The notes under the pieces are model-generated. The model had not been told where the DNA came from, ran no database searches, and saw only the letters and a program-made list of their open reading frames with translations. A stretch of 64,000 bases of DNA, counting the filler, from Barthelona sp. PAP020 (lineage: Eukaryota), in NCBI GenBank assembly GCA_040182905.1. It is 17 parts of 17 records of this genome, joined end to end, with 100 filler letters (N's around TTAATTAATTAA, not from the genome) between each part and the next. Parts side by side here need not be neighbours in the genome. Positions count along the whole stretch, not along the records: positions 23,402 to 27,139 come from JARQWU010000718.1; positions 27,240 to 30,952 come from JARQWU010000719.1; positions 31,053 to 34,750 come from JARQWU010000720.1; 14 more parts are not named here. The stretch is one strand, 5' to 3'. Positions 23,402 to 34,379 of the stretch are shown in pieces (position 1 is the first letter of the stretch; the number at the start of each line of letters is the position of its first letter). The position numbers and the translations under genes are program-made.

Positions 23402-23701
23402 AACACTTTGATTAAATGGAAACGGAAAATTGGGGTTCTTTTCATCACCTTTGTTTTGAGAACTTCGACCTGTATTCAACAGCGATTTCTCTTCCTCCAA
23501 ATTATCATCATCAAATTTGTTCATGTATTCTTCCAATCCCAAATGAATATAATCATTTGAAATACCTACAGAAGATAGTGTTTCATTGGAATTAATTCCT
23601 AACGCACCAGGCATCTTTTTAGCAATACCTTTTCCATAAACATCCAATTGTTTTCTTAATTCAGCATGTGTATATTCGTAATTCTTCTTTAAGCTCGTCA
23701 T
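23402..23701 (-). CDS. 5' part of unknown gene (contig-truncated)
   Basis: ATG-initiated frame open into the linker. Confidence 0.55.
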
Positions 23702-23979
23702 TTAAAAATTTAACAAGTCATTACGATTCTTAAAGCTTCTATCAATTTGAAAAAAATGATTTTTAATTTTCATTCTTTTTTTCATTTGAACACTTTTGGT
23801 TCTTTAATCATCAGTATATTGTTTATAATCTTTCAAAGATAATGGATATCCAGAGATAATCCTTTTTTGAAGAGAAAAAGGTTTGATTTTGATTTTTGTA
23901 TCTTGAAAATGTAATTTTTGCAGTTAATTAAATTAAATTCCACTTCTCAAATAAAAAATAAATAAAACAAACAATATTT

Positions 23980-24630
23980 TTACAAATTGATCGATAAAAG
24001 TCTATTTAGCTCCTCTTCGGTCAAACTAACAGTTTTTGCAGCTTCTAAATGCATTTTTTGTGCTTTTAAAGTAAAGATCAATTGATTCTGTTTTTTTACA
24101 ATCTGCAATAACTCTTTGATTTGATGAGAACCTTTTTCTTTTTCTTGTTTTGCTTGTTCCAATTCTCGATGCAAAAGTTGATAGTTTTCTGTTGATTCTT
24201 TTCTTTCATTTGTTAATTTTGCCTTTAATCTTTCAACTTCCTCCAAAGCTCGATTCAATCTTAATTCTCTTGATGAATTTTCTGAATCTTCTCTTTTTTT
24301 ATTTTGTTGAAGTTGACGCAAATCAGATTGTAATTCACGCTGTCTTGATTGAATTTGATCATGTTCTTTACTTTTTTGTTCAACCCTTGTTGAAACTTTT
24401 TCCAATTGAGCTTGCAATTTTCCATTTTGTGACAAAAGATTTCTTCTTTCTGTTGATAAATCCGTAATTTTTTGTTCTGCAGTTGTGAGATCATTTGATA
24501 ATTGACTAAGGTCATTTAAAGCAGAGCGCAATTCTTCTTCCAAAACTTTAATACGAGCTGCCTGATATTGTAACAGACTTTCATTGTCAACGTCATCAAT
24601 ACTCATTATTGGAACATCTTTGTCATTCAT
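23980..24630 (-). CDS. TEX9: TEX9-like coiled-coil (centriolar/ciliary) protein
   Basis: ELRLNRALEEVE and KKQNQLIFTLKAQKMHLEAAKTVSLTEEE match the TEX9 C-terminus. Confidence 0.85.
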   Translation of the reverse strand: MNDKDVPIMSIDDVDNESLLQYQAARIKVLEEELRSALNDLSQLSNDLTTAEQKITDLSTERRNLLSQNGKLQAQLEKVSTRVEQKSKEHDQIQSRQRELQSDLRQLQQNKKREDSENSSRELRLNRALEEVERLKAKLTNERKESTENYQLLHRELEQAKQEKEKGSHQIKELLQIVKKQNQLIFTLKAQKMHLEAAKTVSLTEEELNRLLSINL

Positions 24631-25362
24631 TTTTTGAAAGAAAAAAAATTAAATTAAAACAATTGCCTTCTCTCTTGTCATAACATTTGAATATCAAAAT
24701 CTATGCTTTAATTGGATAAAATAGGAAAAATAATTAATGTTTTAGAAGGTTTTGTTGGTGGAAAAAGAAAATCCTACCAAATAATTTGGGTCCAAAGTGA
24801 AATTTAAGCTTATTTATTAGATCTGAGAGAATTTTTGGGGAAAATAATGCATTTTCAAAATATTGAGATTTAATGTCTCTCTTTTGCTGGTCTTTTTTTT
24901 TTTTAATTTCAATTTTGGACTTAAAAAGTTTGATTTCATAGGCATTCAACTTAAAAAGTAAAAAGATTTGGGGATTTCGTTTTATTGAGATAATTGGAAA
25001 GAAAATTCAACCTAATTCAACAACCAAATAATACTAAACAGAAATTTTAGGGACATTTTATAGTGATTTTTAAAAAGATAACCATCATCTCCAGAATTAT
25101 ATTTTGGGTATAGCGTTTTAGTGTTCTGCACTTAATCTTCCAAAATGATGTTAATAATTAAGTAGCAACTTTATTGAATGTTGCAGGGAACCTTTTTATT
25201 AAGTCAAGAAGAGAGGAGGAAAGATGAACCAACCTACCATTTCAAAAACATGGAAGGAAAAAGACTAAATGTTTATTCAACTATGATAAGTGTGTATTAA
25301 AAAGATCATATCTTAATGTTTTCAGAAAAAAAAATGGTCAAAGAAAAAAAGATTCCTTCTTT

Positions 25363-25809
25363 ATGGACTCTGAACTTCCTTTAACATGTAAAGTATGTTT
25401 AGGGAACGAAACAAGAATAAGAACTATTAGAGATCCACATGGTTCACGTTGTTTGATTTGTAAGGATGTTTATCCCACGTTTTCTTTAAAAACTACCACG
25501 TCTTCATTTCCAATTAAAACAAAAATATGTCGAAATTGTTCAAAAAAGCATAATTTATGTCAATGTTGTATGAAAGATATAAATCGTGAGGCGTCATATT
25601 ATCAAAAGAAAAAAGCCCCTATTTGTACTTTTTGGTTGCGTGGAAAATGTAATCGAGGCAATGAATGTCCGTATAGACATGTAATTCCAGATAATGTTAA
25701 AAGAGAACCAGTTTTAGAAATGGATTCTCAAGTTGATAATGTTATTTCAGATGAACCCTCTTTTAACCAACTTATAGAACTACTGAACACAATAAAAAGA
25801 CCCACGTAA
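25363..25809 (+). CDS. RBM22: RBM22/Ecm2(Slt11)-like splicing factor, short form without RRM
   Basis: LPLTCKVCLG...CLIC...KTKICRNCSKKHNLCQCCMKD zinc domain plus CCCH finger ICTFWLRGKCNRGNECPYRH. Confidence 0.85.
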   Translation: MDSELPLTCKVCLGNETRIRTIRDPHGSRCLICKDVYPTFSLKTTTSSFPIKTKICRNCSKKHNLCQCCMKDINREASYYQKKKAPICTFWLRGKCNRGNECPYRHVIPDNVKREPVLEMDSQVDNVISDEPSFNQLIELLNTIKRPT

Positions 25810-25833
25810 ATTTCTTTGGTTTTTTTTTTTTAA

Positions 25834-26760
25834 ATGAATGTTTTTTCTGATGAAAGTGTGTATGAATCGATTGAAAGTAACCATTTAGGTTCGATTACTT
25901 CAATTGTTTATTCACCAACTGGTGATTATTTTGTGACATCCTCACGAGATTGTACTGTAAATATTTGGAATGGTTCAAATTATTCTTTGCTGCATACTTT
26001 ATCAGATCATACTGATTCTGTTCATCAAGTTTGTTTTTCTGATGATGGAGAATTTTTGTGCACCTGTTCTCAAGATAAAAAAATATTTATCTATACTGTT
26101 GGTGACTGGGAGATTTATCAGCAAATTGAAAATGATTTTCGCGTGTATTGTATTTGTTTTTCTAAGGATCTAGATTTTCTTTTGAGTGGAGATGGTAATT
26201 ACACTTTAAAGAAATGGAATATCGATACTGGTGAATGCGAATTAAGTAAAAGAATTCATCAAGGAGGTATTACAAATATATTAATTGTTGATGACTCAAT
26301 TATCACTTCTTCACGTGATACAACAATAAAAGTGCTGGATATGGATTGGAATATCTGTAATGAATTGACTAAACATGAAAAACTTATTGAAAGCATTTGT
26401 GTTAATTCAGAAGGTACTCATTTGTTATCTTGTTCAACTGATGGAACTTGTCATCTTTGGGAATTACAAACAGGTATTCTTTTAGCATCTTTTTTTCACA
26501 ATGCTATCGTATCTCAAGTTTTATTTGTGAATGCTCCTTGTCCAATGATACTTTCTCTCTGTATTGATGGCTTTATTAGGGTTTGGAATCTTAACGGCAA
26601 TTTAGTACAAACTATCAATATTTGCTGTGAAAGAACGCGTTTTACGAAGTTTGTCATACATCCTGAGTTTTCCAAGTTGATATGTGGTCGTTGTGATCCT
26701 TATGGAAAACTTGTTAAACGAAAGGGAAAATTGAGAATTTATCCTTTGTTATCCAGGTGA
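25834..26760 (+). CDS. WD40-repeat protein of a lineage-specific family
   Basis: About 7 WD blades. C-terminal QTINICCE...LICGRC resembles QKVHCGCE...IACGRC of the 57757 gene. Confidence 0.9.
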   Translation: MNVFSDESVYESIESNHLGSITSIVYSPTGDYFVTSSRDCTVNIWNGSNYSLLHTLSDHTDSVHQVCFSDDGEFLCTCSQDKKIFIYTVGDWEIYQQIENDFRVYCICFSKDLDFLLSGDGNYTLKKWNIDTGECELSKRIHQGGITNILIVDDSIITSSRDTTIKVLDMDWNICNELTKHEKLIESICVNSEGTHLLSCSTDGTCHLWELQTGILLASFFHNAIVSQVLFVNAPCPMILSLCIDGFIRVWNLNGNLVQTINICCERTRFTKFVIHPEFSKLICGRCDPYGKLVKRKGKLRIYPLLSR

Positions 26761-26809
26761 CATTTATGTTTAAAATTGAGTTTGAAATTGACTCTAACAT
26801 TGTGAAGGA

Positions 26810-27124
26810 AAAAATAAAATGAGAGCTGTTTACAAGCAGATTATTTTTAAGATCCAAATTTTCTGCTCTTTTTTTTTTTTTCCTTGAATACGAAACTTTA
26901 TCATCAACTTCTGCCAAATTTTTGACCTTTTACAAGTGAACTGCAAGAAACCTTGTACATTTAAGATAAATTTCAAGAATAATGAAGCGTTTGCATTCTT
27001 TTGAACAATAAGTACTGCAAAAAATTTCACATACCGCATAGGGCATAGGACAGCCTTCTCCGTTGGACAGCCAATGAAATAAAAGAGTTAAGACTGAGAG
27101 GTTCCTTTCAGGAAAGTTGGACCC
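26810..27124 (+). repeat. Repeat family R2 copy
   Basis: CCTTGAATACGAAACTTTA...TTTTGAC...ACAAGTGAAC.GCAAGAAAC...CTTTTGAACAA...TACTGCAAAAAA matches the reverse complement of ~34070-34310 and ~49385-49560, and matches ~57505-57725 directly. Confidence 0.85.
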
Positions 27125-27789
27125 CCCCCCCCCCCCCCCNNNNNNNNNNNNNNNNNNNNNNNNNNNNNNNNNNNNNNNNNNNNTTAATTAATTAANNNNN
27201 NNNNNNNNNNNNNNNNNNNNNNNNNNNNNNNNNNNNNNNTTCGACATCAATTACGCTCAAGACAAGTTCGATCACCCCAATAAAATCCCAAACTCTCAGA
27301 AACAAAGTCTATAAACAAAAAAATTATAAATGAAAAACAGTTCTTTGCAACTTTTTTCATAATGTTATTTCAATCTACAACATTTAATTGCATTCATTAT
27401 GTCAATTGATAGAAATTTGACTCTATGTGCTTTCCTTTTCACTTTCTCCATGAATGAATATGGTTTTTTTACAGATCAATTTCTACAAAGTGGCATGAAG
27501 TTGATTAACAATTTTAAAAGAAAATAGGAGTTTTTCGAAGATTGTTGAATTTTGATCAAACCTTCAAAAATCTTTTACTATGAAAATGACCTGAAGTAAT
27601 GTTTACTTCAACCAAATGAAAGACACTGGTGTATTATTTTGAAGCTCTTTCTTTATGGAATTGAATTCAGAGTTTTACTATTAAACAACCCTCTCAAAAA
27701 GGTTTTCTTATTCTTGTTCCTCAATTAAGTTCACAAAGTCTTGCAAAACTGTAGAGAAAAAAAAAATTGCAAAACCAACTTTTATAAAA

Positions 27790-28692
27790 CTAAACCTCAT
27801 CGGCAATATTTAAATGTCTATCTTCAATTGCAATCTCTTTGTTATCAATGTCCCATACAAGAGAATTGCCTCTTTTTACTGTAAAGGGCAAACATCTACA
27901 AAACCCCACACCAACAACTAATTTTATATTTGTCCAATAATTTCCTTTTCCTAAAGGAAACATTGCAACATTATGTAAATGCCCCAATGAACCTATCTCA
28001 TATTTTGTGTCTTTTGCAGCATTCTTCATTTTTTGATTCAAGACAAAAGCAGTTCTGTCTTCTATTGTAGTAACATTAGTACATGAATTTGCAGAAAAAG
28101 AACAAAACATTCCACAAGAAACAAAAGAAAACATAAACAAAAACCAAACCATGGCCAAAGTGATAAAAGCTAACGGATTTGGAGTATCAGAATTAAAATT
28201 TTTAATGGCTACTGAAATGTTAGTTAAAAAGCCAATGCCTTGATGTATACTAGCGTAAATAAGGAATAAATAAAAAAACTTTTCATTTCTTAATCCGACA
28301 CAATTATCGACCCAAGGGCAATGGTGATCCATCTTTAAAACACATCGATTACAAATAGAACAGTGATGAGCCCTTGGGGGTCGCCAACATTCACATTTTC
28401 CACACCAAGTAGCTTTATATAGACTGGCTTCAGTGGATACTTTTTCATTTTTTGGATGTTTCAAAATGTTAGGAGGGGGTGAATAATCATTGGGGACAAA
28501 ACCAGGCTTTAAATAAACAGTTTTACCATAACAAACCATTCCAACAACAAAAATGACTTGATAAACTAATCCTACAATAATTGACATTGTCGTATTTGCA
28601 ATTAAAAATGGGAAACCTGTAAATGTGGTGTATACATTGGAAAGAAGTGACCAACCCCAAACAAAAACGGTCATGGTAAGATCTTTACCCAT
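27790..28692 (-). CDS. DHHC palmitoyltransferase
   Basis: [41 protein letters not shown] motif; TM helices. Confidence 0.97.
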   Translation of the reverse strand: MGKDLTMTVFVWGWSLLSNVYTTFTGFPFLIANTTMSIIVGLVYQVIFVVGMVCYGKTVYLKPGFVPNDYSPPPNILKHPKNEKVSTEASLYKATWCGKCECWRPPRAHHCSICNRCVLKMDHHCPWVDNCVGLRNEKFFYLFLIYASIHQGIGFLTNISVAIKNFNSDTPNPLAFITLAMVWFLFMFSFVSCGMFCSFSANSCTNVTTIEDRTAFVLNQKMKNAAKDTKYEIGSLGHLHNVAMFPLGKGNYWTNIKLVVGVGFCRCLPFTVKRGNSLVWDIDNKEIAIEDRHLNIADEV

Positions 28693-28803
28693 GATAAATG
28701 CTTAAAATAATGGAAATAAATGTATGAACTGAAAAAAAAAAATCTATTATTTGAAGCGGTGAATCTTATATTTTTTGTTTTACATTAGAAATTCATTTAA
28801 GGA

Positions 28804-30576
28804 ATGTCTGAGCAGGATATTCCATGTAAGTTACCTCTAAATGTCTTACGAGAACGAACGAATGGATTTCAAGAAACACCTGAAAAAATTGAAACAATAT
28901 TTGATTTTAGAATTCTTAATGATAGCATATATATTCAATTGACACATGAAACAAATTATGAATTTTTATATTATACCACTATAACAAAAGAAAGTTATTC
29001 TGAAATGCAAAAATTGCACAGATTAACCAAATCTTTTGATCAATTACCTTATGTATTACCTGAATTGATTGAAAAGATTGTTAATAACATTGATAATTTA
29101 GAAAGTTGTTTGACATTGAATAAAGATTCAATAAAATTTTCTATCTTTCAGGTACAAGAATATGCAAAAGTAACTTTATTTGAAAGTAAAATGTTATTAG
29201 GAGATGATAAGCATATCAAAATATGTTTAATGGATAGACTAAAAGTGTTTGTAAAACTGTATGAAATTTTATCGGAAAATTATGATAGAGAGCTTTTAAA
29301 TACATCAGAATTGCGTAAAACAGCTAATTTATTGGAAGAAAAGAGAAGTGAAGTGGCCAAAGAAAAAGAAGAAATTGAGATGACTAATATGAGGTTATTA
29401 GAAAACTTAAACAAAGAACATTGTGAAGAAAAAGCAAAATTAATAAATGAAATTGCCGAATTAAAGGTTAGAATTGGTTCTTTGGAAAAAATCAATAATG
29501 AACAAGATATTTCGATCAAAATGTTAGCAAAGGATAAACAAATTGATAAAGAGCAATTAAATCTTCAACAAATCAATTCCAGGGAATCTCAAGATAAGAT
29601 TAATCAATTGGAAAATAATGTTGAAAAATTAAGAGCGAATATCAAGCAATTGGAGGATACTTTGCGGGAAAAAGATTTGATTATCAATTCTTTACAATCA
29701 ACTGGATTGACTTCTCAAAATGATCTACGTATGGTCAATATTGAAAATGATAAATTGACCACCAGTAACAACAATTTAAAAACACGTATTGATGAATTGG
29801 AGAAAATTAAAGAGAAACTAAAACAAGAAAACCAGAAATTTAATGATGACAGAATCTCATCTCTGATACAAATCAATGAATTGTCTAATAATATGAATGA
29901 AAAGGATTTAAGAATCAATGAACTGTCAAATGAAGTTATCAAACTGAGTGATGTCTTGAATGAATTACAAACCTCATTAAGTGTGAAAGAAAATGATATT
30001 TTGAGTTTAAAAAAAACATTGGAAGGGGAATTATTTAAGAATAAATCACTATCTGTACAGATAACCGAATTACAAGAAAACATTGAGCAATTGGTTTATG
30101 AACGTGATAGATATAAAGAAAGATGTGATTATCAATTAACAAATAAGCGAATATTCAAGGCACCAAACAATTTAAGTTCAAATTCACAACAAATTCCTAT
30201 CTCAATACTTAATAAGAATAAAGATGATTCTCAGCAACTTCAACTTCAAGCAAATTCTGAAAAAATGCCAAATCAAAATTCAAGCCCTCAATCTTCCCCA
30301 ACACAGAATTTTACACGTTATTTAAATACTGAACCTGTTGTTCCAATGAATCCATTAACAAATCCAATTTCTTCCACCCCCAAATTATCTACAACTGTGA
30401 ATACTTATTCACCACCAAATAAGTTCAAACAGACTAATTTAATGGAGATAGCAGAGGCGAATCAAAATTCAAGATCTCATCTTCGACAATTTCAAAATGA
30501 AAGCATTAGAAGAATAAATAGTGGAAATAATGCATTAAAACAACAGTTTTCAGCTTCAAATATGAATTGGAAATAA
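28804..30576 (+). CDS. SAS6: SAS-6 centriole cartwheel protein
   Basis: Head domain IQLTHETNYEFLY...ITKESYSEMQKLHRLTKSFDQLPYVL, long coiled coil, disordered tail. Confidence 0.8.
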   Translation: MSEQDIPCKLPLNVLRERTNGFQETPEKIETIFDFRILNDSIYIQLTHETNYEFLYYTTITKESYSEMQKLHRLTKSFDQLPYVLPELIEKIVNNIDNLESCLTLNKDSIKFSIFQVQEYAKVTLFESKMLLGDDKHIKICLMDRLKVFVKLYEILSENYDRELLNTSELRKTANLLEEKRSEVAKEKEEIEMTNMRLLENLNKEHCEEKAKLINEIAELKVRIGSLEKINNEQDISIKMLAKDKQIDKEQLNLQQINSRESQDKINQLENNVEKLRANIKQLEDTLREKDLIINSLQSTGLTSQNDLRMVNIENDKLTTSNNNLKTRIDELEKIKEKLKQENQKFNDDRISSLIQINELSNNMNEKDLRINELSNEVIKLSDVLNELQTSLSVKENDILSLKKTLEGELFKNKSLSVQITELQENIEQLVYERDRYKERCDYQLTNKRIFKAPNNLSSNSQQIPISILNKNKDDSQQLQLQANSEKMPNQNSSPQSSPTQNFTRYLNTEPVVPMNPLTNPISSTPKLSTTVNTYSPPNKFKQTNLMEIAEANQNSRSHLRQFQNESIRRINSGNNALKQQFSASNMNWK

Positions 30577-31052
30577 GTTATTATGTTTTTTTTGATTAAA
30601 ATTTTTAAGGTCATATTTTTTTCATGTTCTATTATCATTATTTTGGTTTTATTGTGTGGTTATTGTATTTTTATAATAACTATGATAAATAAGAATCTAT
30701 TTTTTCTTTTTCATTCAACAATTGTTTTGTAAAGGTAGTTTCTTTTAATTAATAAGAGTGCAGTAAATATATTCTGTTTTTTGAAGCATAATTGAAAGAA
30801 TCATGATTCTTTCAATTGTTGAAATTCCTCAATTCAAAAAGAAAGAAAAAAACAAACAACGAATAATTTACAGTTTGAGAAATATTCTCATTTTATCATC
30901 ACAAAAAGGCAAATTCAGTGGTTTCATTCAATAGAATTTTAAGACTATGCTCNNNNNNNNNNNNNNNNNNNNNNNNNNNNNNNNNNNNNNNNNNNNTTAA
31001 TTAATTAANNNNNNNNNNNNNNNNNNNNNNNNNNNNNNNNNNNNNNNNNNNN

Positions 31053-31165
31053 GACGATGAGAACAATCAGACGAGCGTTCGCATATAAAATCCCTCAATT
31101 CCCCCACCCCCACGGATGGTTTAATGAAGTCATAAATAAAATAAAAAAATTAAACAACGGAAAAA
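31053..31165. repeat. Repeat R4: near-identical contig-end repeat
   Basis: 112/113 identical to 61074-61186; both copies begin at a contig edge. Confidence 0.95.
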
Positions 31166-31199
31166 AAAAAATTGACAAACAACAAATCCACATAAATTT

Positions 31200-31841
31200 T
31201 TACAATTCATCTTCAATTTCATCATCAACCTCATCAGGATCCCTATTTGTAAAGAAAAAACCATTTGTTGCAACCCAAACATTGTTCATATCATTTTCTT
31301 GGTCATAACCAGTAACTTCCCTTTGACCAGCAATTGGATGTTGATATTCATGTTTATGAGAATGCAAATATTTTTTTGTGGCAACATGAACAAACTTGAC
31401 AGGTGTTTCTCTTTTCCAGTAATCTCCCCTGCATAAAACTTTCCAATCATCACTTTTATCACCTTCACCATTTTCTCCAAAACATGAAATTTCTTGTTGT
31501 TGACTGAGGGGAGATTTATACTGATGGCTATGTAAATTATGTCTTGTATTAACATGTTCCAACCTTAAAATAGAACCACATTTGATTGGTTCACCACGTG
31601 AACAATGTTTCTTTTTGAACCCAGCTTTGACAAGCCAAAGTGAGTTGGAATCGTGAGCATCAGGAAATGCTGTGACTGATTGTTGTTGAGATCCTGTACC
31701 ATAACTAGCAGGATGTGAATGAAGGAAATAACCTGTCACTTCATGTTGTAATTTAATGACTGATCCACATGTTACTGGGTCATCATTACCCGCAAAGACA
31801 TAAATAAAACAAAATAATGCAGAAAAGAATATTAATTTCAT
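31200..31841 (-). CDS. SDF2: SDF2/SDF2L1 (MIR-domain ER protein)
   Basis: Signal peptide; VTCGSVIKLQH, LHSH...YGTGSQQQSVT; C-terminal EDEL. Confidence 0.95.
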   Translation of the reverse strand: MKLIFFSALFCFIYVFAGNDDPVTCGSVIKLQHEVTGYFLHSHPASYGTGSQQQSVTAFPDAHDSNSLWLVKAGFKKKHCSRGEPIKCGSILRLEHVNTRHNLHSHQYKSPLSQQQEISCFGENGEGDKSDDWKVLCRGDYWKRETPVKFVHVATKKYLHSHKHEYQHPIAGQREVTGYDQENDMNNVWVATNGFFFTNRDPDEVDDEIEDEL

Positions 31842-31930
31842 CACAAAATGTCGAAAAAAAAAGAAAAAGAAGTGGATGGCATTTCATTTTTAAATAATTT
31901 TTTTAGTTGTCAGATACATTAAATATCTGA

Positions 31931-33916
31931 ATGGGGGGTCTTTCACAAAAAGATTTATTACGTGAGGCTTCGAATTCATACAAATTAGGTTTGGAATTAT
32001 ACAAAAGAGGAGATTATCATTCGGCGATTGACCATTTATCACATGCCATTAATTGTAGAAGTGGTTTTGCGAAATATTTTTTTGCCCGTGGGAATTGTAA
32101 ACGACTAATTAAAGATTTCACTGGTGCAATATTTGATTATTCCATGACTATTAAAATTGATCCATCATTAGCTATTGCTTATGGTTATAGAGGTATATGT
32201 TTTCGACGTTGTTTACGATTAGATGAAGCTTTAAGTGATTTTTCTGAAGCTTTGAAGTTGGATCCATGTGAAAGTCATGCACATAATCGTGGATTAGTTT
32301 ATTCTGATTTAGAATTATATGTTCGAGCTATTGAAGATTTTTCAATGGCGTTGAATTTCAATAAAAGCAGTTTTAAAGCTTATTTTAATCGAGGTAATAC
32401 ATATCGAAAAATAAAACGATTTGATAAGGCTGTAGATGATTTAGGAAGAGCTGTTCAATTGAATCCGACTGCGCCTTTTTGTCATTCGAATCTTGGTTTG
32501 GCTTTGACAGAAATTGAAAAAGGGGAAGAAGCTATTCGACATTTCAGTATAGCTATTGAACTTGACTCTGTAAACAGTGATTACTATTTAAACAGAGCAT
32601 TAGCTTATTATTCTATTCAAGAGTTTAATCGTGCAATCGATGACTTAACTGTTGCTATTTCTTTGGATGCAGATAATGCAATGCTTTATTATTCGCGAGG
32701 GAATGCCTATCGTGAAGCTCTTTCTTTTGAGAAATCGTTGCAAGATTTGGGTTATGCGCTTGAATTAAGACCCTCTGATCCTTTGTTTTTGCATTCAATC
32801 GGACTTACGTATGAAAAGTTAGAGATGCATACTGAAGCTGTTTCCATGTTTCAAAAAGTTTTGTCGATTCATGCTGATTTCCATGCTAGTTTATTTCATT
32901 TGGGTATTATGCATCATAAATTATGTCAATATATCGCTTCTATAAAGTGTTTCACAAGATGTTTGGAAATTGAACCTGAGCGTCGAGTTTTTGCTTCACG
33001 TGCAGCTGTTTATTCCGATTTAGGGGATTATAATGCAGTAATCAAAGACTTGACTGCAGCTATTGAGTCAGGTGAGACATCAGACCCTTCACTTTTATAT
33101 GAGAGAGGAGTTGCAAATTACAAATTAAATCAACTCAACGAATCTTTGATGGATTTGCGCCAAGCAATAAAAGAAGGGTATGAAGGTGCAGAAGTTTTTG
33201 CTGCATTAGCCACCACTGAACGTGCCATGGGACTTTTCACTGACGCAATTAAAAATTTGACGGCGAGAGCTCAACGAATGGATGAAGATCAAGAAGTGTT
33301 ATTTGCGAGAGCTCAGTGTCATTTTGATCTTGGAAATTTTAAAGAAACGGTTAACGATTTATGTGCTGCATTATTACATTCACCAAACAACGGGATATAT
33401 CTATTTTGGCGAGGAAAAAGTCTTTTTGAATTGAAACGGTATGAAGATGCTGTTGAAGATTTGACTCATGCTTTAGAAATCTCTATCAGTGTTAAATATA
33501 CGATAGATTGTTACATATTACTTGGGCTCTGCCATATGTTTTTAGAAAATTATCATATTGCTGCTGAAATGTATACAAAAGCAATTGAAAGTAATCCTGT
33601 ACGTTCATTACCACCTTCAGTTCGTATAATTCATGAAAGAGCAAAAGCTTTTCAGATGAGTGATAAATTTGGTGAAGCTTTGGAAGATTATAGCTTTGTG
33701 TTAGCAAAAGATCCAACCAATGCTATTGCTTATTTCCGCAGAGGTTTTGTTAATAGATCTTTACATAGATTTTCAAATGCAGCCAAGGATTTTGAATTTG
33801 CTAGACAATTGATGCCAGAAAATCCAATGTTTGCAATGAACTTTCACCATCCTTCAACAACCAACTTACAAGTGCTTTGTGAACCTGATGTTTTGGTAGC
33901 TAGTAGTAGAAATTAG
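31931..33916 (+). CDS. Tetratricopeptide-repeat protein (661 aa)
   Basis: Many AY.NRG...AI.D...A..L.P TPR units. Confidence 0.93.
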   Translation: MGGLSQKDLLREASNSYKLGLELYKRGDYHSAIDHLSHAINCRSGFAKYFFARGNCKRLIKDFTGAIFDYSMTIKIDPSLAIAYGYRGICFRRCLRLDEALSDFSEALKLDPCESHAHNRGLVYSDLELYVRAIEDFSMALNFNKSSFKAYFNRGNTYRKIKRFDKAVDDLGRAVQLNPTAPFCHSNLGLALTEIEKGEEAIRHFSIAIELDSVNSDYYLNRALAYYSIQEFNRAIDDLTVAISLDADNAMLYYSRGNAYREALSFEKSLQDLGYALELRPSDPLFLHSIGLTYEKLEMHTEAVSMFQKVLSIHADFHASLFHLGIMHHKLCQYIASIKCFTRCLEIEPERRVFASRAAVYSDLGDYNAVIKDLTAAIESGETSDPSLLYERGVANYKLNQLNESLMDLRQAIKEGYEGAEVFAALATTERAMGLFTDAIKNLTARAQRMDEDQEVLFARAQCHFDLGNFKETVNDLCAALLHSPNNGIYLFWRGKSLFELKRYEDAVEDLTHALEISISVKYTIDCYILLGLCHMFLENYHIAAEMYTKAIESNPVRSLPPSVRIIHERAKAFQMSDKFGEALEDYSFVLAKDPTNAIAYFRRGFVNRSLHRFSNAAKDFEFARQLMPENPMFAMNFHHPSTTNLQVLCEPDVLVASSRN

Positions 33917-33989
33917 GAAATTTTTTTGTTATTTTTCCGATGTAAAACCAATTTTTTTTCTTTCAGCTTTTTTTATTTTTCCTTTGCAC

Positions 33990-34310
33990 GAAACGTTTTC
34001 CAAAACTTGCTAAACTTGAGAACTGGTGCTTCAAGTGATTTTTAAATAATAAACCTTTATCTTTCACATTGGGTCCTACGTTTCTTTTGCGGCATGTCAA
34101 TTTTTTTGCAGTAATATTTGTTCAAAAGAGCTCAAAGACTCTGATAACCTTGAAATTCATCCAAATGTTCAATGTTTCTTGCGGTTCACTTGTTAAACGT
34201 CAAAATTTTTTGGGAAATTGACAGTAAAGTTTCGTATTCAAGGAAGGAAGAACAAAAAATTTCAATTTAGTAAAAGATAATCGCTTTGCAAACAACTTTC
34301 ATTTTTTCTA
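33990..34310 (-). repeat. Repeat family R2 copy (inverted)
   Basis: Reverse complement matches 26810-27050. AAACTTGAGAA.TGG block shared with ~49317-49360. Confidence 0.85.
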
Positions 34311-34379
34311 TATTTTCTACTGGACTGTTTTTTCAAATATTGATTGATTTTACACTCTAATATTTTGATTCTTTGTAAA

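Noticed and set aside
25224..25268. Short upstream ORF MNQPTISKTWKEKD as a possible first exon of RBM22
   Set aside because: I found no GT-AG intron with the local GTAT/CTAAY signature that joins it in frame.
27122..27139. Poly-C run as telomere or G-quadruplex
   Set aside because: Pure homopolymer at a contig end, typical of a two-colour-chemistry poly-G read artefact; no telomeric unit.
31150..31162. AACAACGGA (5.8S-like) and CTCGTCTGAT (5S-like, minus strand) in repeat R4
   Set aside because: Matches of only 9-10 nt, and the flanks do not continue the rRNA consensus.
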